Origin: a virus | Lineage: Duplodnaviria; Caudoviricetes | Length of the DNA stretch: 25,035 bases | Reading direction: 5' to 3' (one strand) | Virus record (IMG/VR): IMGVR_UViG_3300034092_003054 | Coordinates: 1 to 25,035 of that record | In this document: one piece after another, positions 18,035 through 25,035 of the stretch | How positions within the stretch are numbered: position 1 is the stretch's first letter | Layout of the letters: every line of letters begins with the position of its first letter | Position numbers and translations under genes: made by a program | The notes under the pieces: model-generated | The model's input: the letters and a program-made list of their open reading frames with translations, nothing else | The model's database searches: none | Told to the model about the DNA's origin: nothing

Positions 18035-18084
18035 ACACACGTACAGCAAGTCGCTGACGCAAACCACTAACCGGAGACGATACG

Positions 18085-18315
18085 ATGAACGCAATAGCAA
18101 CGCAAGCAGACTGGGCAGTTGAGACGGTGGCGATTGTTGCCAAGTCATTCGAGGCAATCAACGGCAATGCTTTCGCCTACTTGTCGGACGAGATCAAAAA
18201 CGCAATGCTTTTTAAGATGTGTTTTTCGCCAAAAGTCCTCGGGCAGTACGATTCTAGCGAGTTGCTGCGATTGCACGAAGTCGCAGGCTCTTGGTATCCA
18301 AGGCCAGCACGCTAG
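18085..18315 (+). CDS. Hypothetical early protein (76 aa)
   Basis: GGAGA RBS; first ORF after the early promoter. Confidence 0.75.
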   Translation: MNAIATQADWAVETVAIVAKSFEAINGNAFAYLSDEIKNAMLFKMCFSPKVLGQYDSSELLRLHEVAGSWYPRPAR

Positions 18316-18340
18316 CCCACTGACCAGCCACCAACGGCGA

Positions 18341-18360
18341 AACCCTTCGGGGTCTTTTTA
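18341..18360 (+). terminator. Weak intrinsic terminator-like hairpin
   Basis: ACCC-TTCG-GGGT (cUUCGg tetraloop) followed by CTTTTT; the stem is short. Confidence 0.4.
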
Positions 18361-18385
18361 CTCACACTTTTTTGGAGACGATACG

Positions 18386-18760
18386 ATGAACGCAGAGATG
18401 ATTCACGCAACGCTCGGAGCCTGGGACGCGGTCGGACACTTGCCGATTTGCACAAGGCAAGTCCAGGACGCAACGGATCAACTGGCCGAGGCGGTGCAAG
18501 CGGCTCTTGAGTCTTTCGAGGGCGTCGATTCGGTCACTTGGGAACACGGCTCGATGGGCTCGATGTATTTCGACCTTTGGCACGATAATGACGATTGGAC
18601 CATATCGGTCAAGGTCCGTGTAAGCAATCACAAGGCAGGGGCCAGGGCTTGCGAAAATGCAGCGGATATCGTTGTGGGCGATTCGGTCGAGGAAATCGCT
18701 AGGCAGCTTGCCAAGGCACGCCAAGCGATCGCAGACGAAATCGAATTGGTCTTGGGCTAG
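18386..18760 (+). CDS. Hypothetical early protein (124 aa)
   Basis: GGAGA RBS before ATG 18386; acidic; S.SMY...KVRVSNH motif. Confidence 0.8.
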   Translation: MNAEMIHATLGAWDAVGHLPICTRQVQDATDQLAEAVQAALESFEGVDSVTWEHGSMGSMYFDLWHDNDDWTISVKVRVSNHKAGARACENAADIVVGDSVEEIARQLAKARQAIADEIELVLG

Positions 18761-18764
18761 CCCC

Positions 18765-18974
18765 ATGAAACCCTGCACCAAATGTCAGACTACCAAGCCC
18801 CTCTGCGAGTTCCGCAAATACAACCGGACTCGCGACGGGCTAGACACTCAATGCCGAGCCTGCCGACAGGCGAAGGCCAAGACAGCAGAGGCACGAAACA
18901 ACCCATCGACGCTAGCCAATTGGGCACGCGGGACGCTGGCGAAATTACACTTAACCGAAAGGGATTATTCGTGA
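18765..18974 (+). CDS. Small C4 zinc-finger protein (69 aa)
   Basis: KPCTKCQTTKPLCEF...DGLDTQCRAC, the Zn module often found N-terminal to phage HNH/EndoVII nucleases; no nuclease domain here. Confidence 0.7.
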   Translation: MKPCTKCQTTKPLCEFRKYNRTRDGLDTQCRACRQAKAKTAEARNNPSTLANWARGTLAKLHLTERDYS

Positions 18975-19191
18975 AAAAAACGAACGAAGAATTGATCGAC
19001 GACATCCGGCGAGCCGGACAGGCGATCGATGAGAATTGGGACTGGGCTTTTCCCATTGGCAAGGAAGTTGATATTTTCTGGTTGCTAAAAATCGAAAGCC
19101 ATGCCAACGCACTTGCGATCTACTGCAAGCTACTTCGGCAGCGGCTTGAAGCACAGCAACCAACACTAACTGAGAGGGATTAATCGTGAAA
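18947..19191 (+). repeat. About 30-nt imperfect direct repeat (18947-18976 and 19163-19191)
   Basis: ACACTTAACCGAAAGGGATTATTCGTGAAA vs ACACT-AACTGAGAGGGATTAATCGTGAAA. Confidence 0.8.
18971..19183 (+). CDS. Hypothetical protein (70 aa)
   Basis: GTGA start/stop overlap with the upstream gene; AGGGA RBS. Confidence 0.65.
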   Translation: MKKTNEELIDDIRRAGQAIDENWDWAFPIGKEVDIFWLLKIESHANALAIYCKLLRQRLEAQQPTLTERD

Positions 19192-19530
19192 GTTCGAGTC
19201 GAATACGTAGTGCCTACCGAGGCCGGAATGGACGTGGAGTCTAGGTACGACGCGGTAGAATTTGAGACCTACCAAGCAGGGGACCACGAAAACTGGGCCG
19301 AAGCGGTGCTTGATTTCGTTCGCCCGGCGATCTACAGCGCTCAGCCCATTTTGATCGAGGCGTTGCACTTGATTAGCGACGGGCAAAATTTGCGTGGGTT
19401 TCTTGTTCAGCAAAAACGCCAAAAGGTGCTTGACTTGATCGAGTGGCTACAGGCCGGTCTTGCTGAGGCAGACGAAGCCCAAGACCCATCAATCCAACAC
19501 TTGAGAGCAACACTAGCGGAGGGCGAATAA
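19186..19530 (+). CDS. Hypothetical protein (114 aa)
   Basis: GAGGG RBS, GTG start; coupled to the next gene. Confidence 0.75.
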   Translation: MKVRVEYVVPTEAGMDVESRYDAVEFETYQAGDHENWAEAVLDFVRPAIYSAQPILIEALHLISDGQNLRGFLVQQKRQKVLDLIEWLQAGLAEADEAQDPSIQHLRATLAEGE

Positions 19531-19919
19531 TGGCAGAACAAATACCGGGCGTACCGGAGGGCTGGGAGTTGGTTCATGCAATGAGACAAGCGATCTATGG
19601 AGAGCATTACATCGGCTCAGACGGGGTTGTGCGAAAATGCCTGAGGGAAAAAGAATCAATGTACGCCTACCCCATCATCCGCAAGATCGAGAAGCCCGCA
19701 GCGTATCGACCGTTTAAGGATGCGGAAGAGTACTTGCCACACTGGGGCAAGCCGATCCGCCAAAAGGGGGGCTCAGGCTTTGATAGCGTAGTTAGCACTA
19801 GCATGATTGGCATTTACGTTGCGGCTACAGCGAAGATCTATTATCACTCAATGGCTGACGCTTTCGAGCAGTTTACGTTTGCCGATGGAACCCCCTTTGG
19901 AGTACGCATTGATGAATAA
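19530..19919 (+). CDS. Hypothetical phage protein (129 aa)
   Basis: GGAGG RBS; YRPFKDAEE...FTFADGTPFG pattern. Confidence 0.8.
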   Translation: MAEQIPGVPEGWELVHAMRQAIYGEHYIGSDGVVRKCLREKESMYAYPIIRKIEKPAAYRPFKDAEEYLPHWGKPIRQKGGSGFDSVVSTSMIGIYVAATAKIYYHSMADAFEQFTFADGTPFGVRIDE

Positions 19920-20172
19920 CGCAACAGTCAACGTAAACACAACGCAACCAGCACCCTGGGAGGCCATAGGACGCAAGGCGGCATCGGCCGAGGGTATTGA
20001 GTGGTCAACCTTCGTCGGATTGGCGATCGTCGATCGGGCTATTCGGGTGCTCCAATTGGATCCCGTCGAAGCCTGGGCAGCATTGCCCGAACGAAAGCGA
20101 GGGCGGCCAGTCCACTACAACCCCAAAGACGCGCCAGCGGTCAAACGAAAGCGAGGGCAGTCCAATGGATGA
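19912..20172 (+). CDS. Putative small DNA-binding regulator (RHH-like with KRGRP hook)
   Basis: GGAG RBS; short strand followed by two predicted helices (AASAEGIEWSTFVG); AT-hook-like RKRGRP. Confidence 0.55.
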   Translation: MNNATVNVNTTQPAPWEAIGRKAASAEGIEWSTFVGLAIVDRAIRVLQLDPVEAWAALPERKRGRPVHYNPKDAPAVKRKRGQSNG

Positions 20173-20536
20173 GTTTTATTTGCTGGTTACGGCTTGGCAT
20201 GAGTGGGGCAAAGGCTCGAAGCTACGCCAGACGCCGAAGAGAAAAACGCGGATAACGAGGGTGGCGAAATGCACCTTCGACAAGGACGCTGTTTATGATG
20301 GCGTTAAGACGGGCCAATGGTTTAAGATTGAGATTTACGACAGCCCCTTTCGAGGGATGCTTGACGCGGTTTTCGTTGGCTTGTCTTCCGACCCTGGAAT
20401 CAGGGCAGCGGAAGCACTTGCCGAGCGAATGGTATCGGGCTTGTCCCTTGCGAGCGGCGTGAAATGGGAAGCCAACTGCGGGCCGATCGACGCCGAAGAC
20501 GCGGCGTTACTTAGAATTGAATTGGAAGTTGTTTAA
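20165..20536 (+). CDS. Hypothetical protein (123 aa)
   Basis: GAGGG RBS, ATG 20165 overlapping the upstream gene end. Confidence 0.7.
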   Translation: MDEFYLLVTAWHEWGKGSKLRQTPKRKTRITRVAKCTFDKDAVYDGVKTGQWFKIEIYDSPFRGMLDAVFVGLSSDPGIRAAEALAERMVSGLSLASGVKWEANCGPIDAEDAALLRIELEVV

Positions 20537-20557
20537 CCTTTTTTGGAGATTGAAACG

Positions 20558-20791
20558 ATGAAGACATTAGCAGAGCAAGGGTACATGCCGATCGCGGAAG
20601 CGGTAAAGAAATGCACTGGCCAAGAGCCACACGTCCAGACCGTTCGGCGGTGGGTGAAAAAAGGGCTTCGCGGATTTCGCATTGAAGCAAAGTTTGTTGC
20701 AGGCGAATACCTTACGACAGTTGACGCAGTTAATGATTTTATCGCCAGTGTCAGCAAAGCTAGGCTTGACAAGCAAGGGGGTGCATCGTGA
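20558..20791 (+). CDS. MerR/excisionase-like HTH protein (DUF1580-like)
   Basis: PHVQTVRRWVKKGLRGFRIEAKFVAGEYLTTVDAVNDFI; GGAGA RBS before ATG 20558. Confidence 0.8.
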   Translation: MKTLAEQGYMPIAEAVKKCTGQEPHVQTVRRWVKKGLRGFRIEAKFVAGEYLTTVDAVNDFIASVSKARLDKQGGAS

Positions 20792-21195
20792 ATAAATTCG
20801 ACGCGTTAGCACAGTTCCAAGGCTGGCCCCCTGAGTGGCAGCGGTTGTGTGCGGAATACTGGATTGAGACGGGCGAGGATCGGCCAGCGGTGCAAGTCTG
20901 GACTACTGCCGACAAGCTAGAGCCAGCCAAGAAGCTTACGGTTTCGCTTTCGCAAGATCAACCCAAGGCGGCGAAGGTGGCAGCTAAAGCTTCGATTGGG
21001 TACACCCACAGCGGATACCCAGTTCAGTTGTGGGAAAAAGATGCAATTGACGGCATGATCCATCAGCAGCTAAACGACACGGCGATTGCGAAAGCTATGG
21101 AGTTAGGCTGGCCTTTTCGCAGGACCAAAAGAGCATGGGAGCAATTAGCTTACGGGCGAAGGAAGCTAGCTATCGGGAAGGGCGGTTGTAAATAA
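20788..21195 (+). CDS. Hypothetical protein (135 aa)
   Basis: GTGA coupling with the upstream gene. Confidence 0.7.
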   Translation: MNKFDALAQFQGWPPEWQRLCAEYWIETGEDRPAVQVWTTADKLEPAKKLTVSLSQDQPKAAKVAAKASIGYTHSGYPVQLWEKDAIDGMIHQQLNDTAIAKAMELGWPFRRTKRAWEQLAYGRRKLAIGKGGCK

Positions 21196-21353
21196 TGGAA
21201 ATCCTTCTACTTTGCTTTTTCGTCGGTGGCTTTACGCTCGGCTCTGCTTTCGGTTGCGGCTGGACGCTATGGGCAATGATGGATCGGGAAAACAAGGCCC
21301 GCAAGGCCTCCCCTGAGTTGATGGCAACGATGCAAGAGGCCTACCGTGATTGA
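21195..21353 (+). CDS. Small membrane protein (52 aa; absent from the ORF track)
   Basis: TAATG coupling; MEILLLCFFVGGFTLGSAFGCGWTLWAMM hydrophobic N-terminus followed by a charged tail. Confidence 0.6.
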   Translation: MEILLLCFFVGGFTLGSAFGCGWTLWAMMDRENKARKASPELMATMQEAYRD

Positions 21354-21441
21354 CCCTACCGAAATCTGCCGAGCATTGTTTGCTGGTGGCTGTGTTGCGA
21401 TTCTTTTACAGATTTTTGCTGAGGTGATTTATGGGGACTGA
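21346..21441 (+). CDS. Small hydrophobic peptide (31 aa)
   Basis: GAGG RBS, GTG start; MIDPTEICRALFAGGCVAILLQIFAEVIYGD exactly bridges the gap to the next gene. Confidence 0.4.
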   Translation: MIDPTEICRALFAGGCVAILLQIFAEVIYGD

Positions 21442-22414
21442 CTATTACAAAATCAAAGCCCTCTCGCACTCGATGCTATCATGCTTGGCCCAAAACCCGA
21501 TGGAATGCCGGATGCGTTACGTCGACGATCCGCCAAGCTTACCGCCAAAAGACTCGGCAGCGTTCGCTATGGGTCATGCGGTGCATTGCCTAGCCCTTGA
21601 GCCTGAGCGGTTCGATGAGCGGTTTGTTGTCGTCGAGAAAGTGCTATCGGCTAACTCGACGGCGGGACAGATCGCGACATTCGTTCTTGACGAAAAGACA
21701 ACGGGGCAAGACTTGCCTTGGATCGCCAAGCCCAAAGGAATTAACAGGCGAACTAAAGCGGGTCAAGCCGAATGGGATGAGTTTGTCAGCGATTGCGCCC
21801 TCAAGGATTTGAAGATTGTTGACGACTCAGACTTTGTCAAGGCGATGGATTACGTTGATTTAGTCAAAGGCAAAACCATCCTCGACCAACAAGACTACGC
21901 CGACGCGGTGGCTTGCGTCCAGGCATTAAACAACCATGCCGAGTTTGCAACGATCATGGCGCAGCCTCGACGAGTAGAAGTGGAGCATCATTTTGATTTG
22001 TTCGGGCATCGGTTCAAGGCTCGGCTAGATTGCGTTATTGACTCGATGCGGCTCATCCTAGACATCAAGACAACTGACGACGCAAGCCCGGATCGGTGGA
22101 AGTGGTCGGCGGTTGATTACGGGTATCATCGGCAGCAGATCATTTACCAAGAGGCGTTGCGACAGGCTACGGGGAAGGGCTATCGATTCGCGTTCGCCGT
22201 GGTCGAAAAACCGAAGCCATCGACGCGAGGCATACCGCCGACCGTGGCTCTTTACGAACTAGAGGAAGAGTCGGTTTTAATGGGGGTGGAAGACACGCAA
22301 GACCTTGTTTGGCAGTACGAGCGACGAACGAAAGAAAACGATTGGCAGCAACCTTACAGCAGCGGGATCGTCCCGTTGCGGTTGCCAAGGCGAAGGGTTT
22401 ACGAAGGAGAATAG
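21431..22414 (+). CDS. recE: RecE/exonuclease VIII-like PD-(D/E)XK nuclease (DUF3799-like)
   Basis: LSHSML, MGHAVHCLALEP, KARLD, ILDIKTT, YGYHRQ..Y and FAVVEK motifs; next to RecT. Confidence 0.88.
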   Translation: MGTDYYKIKALSHSMLSCLAQNPMECRMRYVDDPPSLPPKDSAAFAMGHAVHCLALEPERFDERFVVVEKVLSANSTAGQIATFVLDEKTTGQDLPWIAKPKGINRRTKAGQAEWDEFVSDCALKDLKIVDDSDFVKAMDYVDLVKGKTILDQQDYADAVACVQALNNHAEFATIMAQPRRVEVEHHFDLFGHRFKARLDCVIDSMRLILDIKTTDDASPDRWKWSAVDYGYHRQQIIYQEALRQATGKGYRFAFAVVEKPKPSTRGIPPTVALYELEEESVLMGVEDTQDLVWQYERRTKENDWQQPYSSGIVPLRLPRRRVYEGE

Positions 22415-22418
22415 AACG

Positions 22419-23330
22419 ATGACAAAAACAACAACAGATCAACCAGCGGCAGCGGTAGAGATCCCTACGGGAAAACAGCCAACGGGGGCCGTTGCGGTGG
22501 TTCAGGCGGCCAGGAAGGTTCTTACGTTTCGGGAGCGATGTTACGAAATTAGCTTCCCGATGCTCAAAAGCATGGTAGGCGAAGAAAGGGCCAAGGAGGC
22601 ATCCGGACGCGTCGCAGCGGCATTGGCGGCATCCAGGGCGGCAGCTAGAGACCCGAAGGACTTTGACCTATGCACGGTCGAAAGCATTGGTCGGGTAGTC
22701 GCAATTTCGGCTCTTACGGGCATCTACCCTGGGACCGGTGCAACAGCTTTGGCCTATGCGATTCCCAGGAGACCGCGACAAGGCGAAGACCCGCAGTTAA
22801 CCTACCAGCTATCCCATCGCGGCTTGAACGCTTTAGCGAATCGGGCGGGGGCGCACATGGTTGCGGTTCCGATCAGCGACAAAGATCAGATCGAGGTAAC
22901 TGAGACCGGCGACGTTGTTATTAAGTGGATGGACCTGGACAACCCACCAACAACCGAAGCGGAACTGCGGGGCGTTGTGGTCTTGGTTAAGCGACTCGAT
23001 ACCGGGACGCTTGTTTATGCGGGATGGGTCCCGAAGAAGCTTATTCACGAACGCCGAGACGTTTCGGATTCGTACAAGTACGCCGAAAGCCCGAAGGGAG
23101 ATTGGTCTAAAGGCTCAAGCCCTTGGCACGCATGGTACACACCGCAAGCGATGAAAACGGCGATGCACTACGCAATAGCCCGAGGCTGGTGTGTGATTGA
23201 CGACACAGACGCTCAACGGGCTTTGTCGGCGGACGTTGAGAGCGATATCATCGACGTAGAATCCAGGCCCCTGGATCGCGTCAAGCTTACCCGTAACGAA
23301 CTACCAGCGATCGAGGGGCCAGCGGAATGA
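22419..23330 (+). CDS. recT: RecT-family ssDNA annealing protein
   Basis: CTVESI...LAYAIPR...YQLSHRGLNALANRAG...SPW...AMKT; AAGGAG RBS before ATG 22419. Confidence 0.82.
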   Translation: MTKTTTDQPAAAVEIPTGKQPTGAVAVVQAARKVLTFRERCYEISFPMLKSMVGEERAKEASGRVAAALAASRAAARDPKDFDLCTVESIGRVVAISALTGIYPGTGATALAYAIPRRPRQGEDPQLTYQLSHRGLNALANRAGAHMVAVPISDKDQIEVTETGDVVIKWMDLDNPPTTEAELRGVVVLVKRLDTGTLVYAGWVPKKLIHERRDVSDSYKYAESPKGDWSKGSSPWHAWYTPQAMKTAMHYAIARGWCVIDDTDAQRALSADVESDIIDVESRPLDRVKLTRNELPAIEGPAE

Positions 23331-23603
23331 TCGAGTCAATCTACGGGCTCAAGGTGTTCGTTGACGATCGTATTTGCGTCAAGGTTGAGCGAAAGCAAAT
23401 TCGATTTCCAAGGTCAAGCAAAGTAAGGATCCGCAAAAAGTGGGCAAAGCAAGGAAAGAACTTTACCGAAAAGGTAGCTCATGTTGCATACCGACAAGGA
23501 AGAAACCTTTTTGTGTCGACCGAGATTTACAAGTCGCTCAAAAATGGATTGATCGACGAAATGAAAACGCACCCGCTTTTTAAGGAGGAGGGGCCAACGG
23601 AAT
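23313..23603 (+). repeat. 16-nt direct repeat GAGGGGCCA(G/A)CGGAAT (23313-23328 and 23588-23603)
   Basis: One mismatch; flanks gene 23327-23605. Confidence 0.8.
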
Positions 23604-23605
23604 AG
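23327..23605 (+). CDS. Basic hypothetical protein (92 aa)
   Basis: ATGA coupling; QIRFPRSSKVRIRKKWAK motif. Confidence 0.75.
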   Translation: MIESIYGLKVFVDDRICVKVERKQIRFPRSSKVRIRKKWAKQGKNFTEKVAHVAYRQGRNLFVSTEIYKSLKNGLIDEMKTHPLFKEEGPTE

Positions 23606-23612
23606 CGAACCA

Positions 23613-23710
23613 GGATCGGCGGCGTGGTGGGAACACGCTGGCAAAACGGATGGTGCATCGGGTGCAGCTTCCTGAGTTCCGAACAGCAGGTTCAAATCCT
23701 GCCCGATCCT
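23613..23710 (+). ncRNA. tRNA-like element with a non-canonical anticodon domain
   Basis: Acceptor stem GGATCGG/CCGATCC, D-like arm GCGTG-GTGGGAA-CACGC, perfect T arm GCAGG-TTCAAAT-CCTGC. The 47-nt centre has no 5-bp/7-nt anticodon arm, and no CCA directly follows the discriminator. Confidence 0.75.
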
Positions 23711-23728
23711 TTTGCCAACCCACTTCGA

Positions 23729-24037
23729 GGCGGCGTATGGAGGTGAATGATGAGCGATAGCGTTTTGATTGGATTAAACCGAAAGGGCAATGCTTTGCTC
23801 TGCTATTTTTGGGGCGAAACGGACTGCCCGGAGGTTGTTATTGCGACGGCCACGGAACATGTAAAGCGAGCGATCGCAGAAAACTGGACCGGCGATGAGG
23901 ACTCAGAAGAGACCATCAAAGCGATGTTTGAGATTGCGTCAAACGACTTTTCGCTAGGTGGAAGGTTTAAGTTTGAGTTCGAGATTGGCGGGGCGGAGTT
24001 TACAGATGTTTGCGTGAATTTGGCGGCGCATGAAGGT
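23729..24037 (+). repeat. 16-nt imperfect direct repeat GGCGGCG(T/C)ATG(G/A)AGGT (23729-23744 and 24022-24037)
   Basis: 14/16 identity; flanks gene 23747-24046. Confidence 0.7.
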
Positions 24038-24046
24038 ATTCAATGA
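23747..24046 (+). CDS. Acidic hypothetical protein (99 aa)
   Basis: GGAGGT RBS. Confidence 0.75.
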   Translation: MMSDSVLIGLNRKGNALLCYFWGETDCPEVVIATATEHVKRAIAENWTGDEDSEETIKAMFEIASNDFSLGGRFKFEFEIGGAEFTDVCVNLAAHEGIQ

Positions 24047-24144
24047 CATGGCTAGTCGTATTTTTTGTTTTTGTGTGCTTGGTTGTTTTGGTTTTTTCCT
24101 AGGGTGCAAGTCACCCGCAACGTATGAAATCATCGAGGTGAAAC

Positions 24145-24789
24145 ATGGCGAAACGATGCTCGATATGCACGGATGGAATCGAGGCGTCTGGCGTCGACAG
24201 ATGCCCGAAGTGCCAAGACTTAACAGACTTGAATATCGATCGGATTTCGATCCTGCTTCGGCACGCCAAGAAAATCCCGCGACGGGCCGAGCGGTACTTG
24301 GCCAGGGTCGAACACTTCCGAGAGATCGACGCTAAGACAGAGCAACCGCCGAAGGCTGCCGTTGAGGTGATGCCTGAGCCGGTCATTGAAAAGCGTTGCA
24401 AGATTTGCGGAACGCCCCCACGGCTCAAGGATCGCAACTGTTGCCGGGAGTGTTTCGGAATCAAGAAAACGATTAGCGACCCTTACGAGATTTGCCAGCA
24501 CTTGATTCAAAAGCGACCTGAAAAGGCGGCTCAGTATCAAGCGATGGCCGACCAACACCGGCAGCGGATGATCGAATCGGCGGTTGACGCAGAAAGGCAG
24601 ATCCGAATCAACAGACGGCTAGCGGAATTGGCGGCATCAACCAAGCCTTGCAAGCCGAGAATTGTGACAACCAACGGGGTCGAGTCGACGTTGAGTTATT
24701 GGCGGTGCGGGCGTTGTCGAAACGTATTGACAAGGCCGAATTGCTTGAAGTGCGAACAGATTATTAAGGGAGAGATTCAAGATGAGTAA
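24145..24789 (+). CDS. Multi-zinc-finger hypothetical protein (214 aa)
   Basis: Three CxxC...CxxC pairs (CSIC/CPKC, CKIC/CREC, CGRC/CLKC); GAGGTG RBS. Confidence 0.78.
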   Translation: MAKRCSICTDGIEASGVDRCPKCQDLTDLNIDRISILLRHAKKIPRRAERYLARVEHFREIDAKTEQPPKAAVEVMPEPVIEKRCKICGTPPRLKDRNCCRECFGIKKTISDPYEICQHLIQKRPEKAAQYQAMADQHRQRMIESAVDAERQIRINRRLAELAASTKPCKPRIVTTNGVESTLSYWRCGRCRNVLTRPNCLKCEQIIKGEIQDE

Positions 24790-25035
24790 AGTTGAAGCAT
24801 TTTGGCAAGACGCAACGGCTGACGATGTTGCGCGGGTGATGGCAGGGGAGACGGTCGAGGCTAGGTTTCGGGATGATGAGAAATCGGCATGGTTTATATC
24901 GGGGCTTGCCGGGTGGACGGCAGGAATAATTCAGTGGTATTCAACCGACGGAGACTACTGGAATCACTGCCAAGTCTACCGCGAGCCCTCCTGGTGGACC
25001 AACAAGCCCGATCCGGGGCCGGGGTACAGGCTGCT
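24782..25035 (+). CDS. 3'-truncated hypothetical protein
   Basis: GGGGAG RBS, ATG 24782; frame open to the window end (MSKVEAFWQDATADDV...). Confidence 0.7.
   Translation, partial: MSKVEAFWQDATADDVARVMAGETVEARFRDDEKSAWFISGLAGWTAGIIQWYSTDGDYWNHCQVYREPSWWTNKPDPGPGYRL

Larger units (their letters stand above)
18073..18394 (+). repeat. 21-nt perfect direct repeat GGAGACGATACGATGAACGCA (18073-18093 and 18374-18394)
   Basis: Exact match, covering the RBS and first three codons of two consecutive genes. Confidence 0.9.

Noticed and set aside
18119-18385. Long upstream extensions of track ORFs (also starts 1376, 16366, 16673, 17593, 18657, 18782, 19807, 19997, 22305)
   Set aside because: They overlap upstream genes; downstream starts with a better RBS, stop-start coupling or gene packing fit better.
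18073-19191. CRISPR array
   Set aside because: Repeats occur only in pairs, 200-300 nt apart, enclose genes, and there are no cas genes.
23612-23710. tRNA-Sec or tRNA-Cys assignment
   Set aside because: An 8-bp acceptor stem and a U discriminator are possible, but there is no UCA or GCA anticodon in a proper 7-nt loop with a stem.
24030-24335. 101-aa lipoprotein/spanin-like ORF
   Set aside because: No clear RBS, overlaps the well-supported Zn-finger gene by about 190 nt, and is not in a lysis context.
8-24558. All minus-strand ORFs in the track (e.g. 8-493, 6993-7484, 12937-13473)
   Set aside because: Antisense shadows of well-supported, tightly coupled + strand genes, with no motifs I recognise.
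1-25035. Alternative genetic code, introns, inteins, integrase or DGR
   Set aside because: Core genes are full length and uninterrupted in code 11 and use all three stops; no reverse transcriptase, recombinase or intein motifs were seen.

Overview
A 25 kb segment of a tailed (HK97-like siphovirus) phage or prophage. All credible genes are on the + strand in standard code 11. Positions 1-17910 form a late operon: a truncated virion protein, HNH nuclease, TerS, TerL, portal, ClpP-type prohead protease, major capsid, head-tail joining proteins, tail tube, tail assembly chaperone with a -1 frameshift, tape measure and tail-tip genes. From about 18000 a sigma70-like promoter precedes an early region of small genes, a DUF1580-like HTH gene, RecE/RecT-like recombination genes and a tRNA-like element; the host may be a planctomycete (inference). 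The most striking feature is a 464-aa protein with 37 Cys at the tail-tip position, translationally coupled to an Erv1/Alr-type FAD sulfhydryl oxidase with a variant CxC active site. This suggests a phage-encoded cytoplasmic disulfide-forming system like that of poxviruses. Other notable points are a switch-like structured leader of the capsid gene, a tRNA-like RNA with no canonical anticodon arm, and four early genes each flanked by short direct repeats. All calls come from reading motifs by eye; no searches were run.
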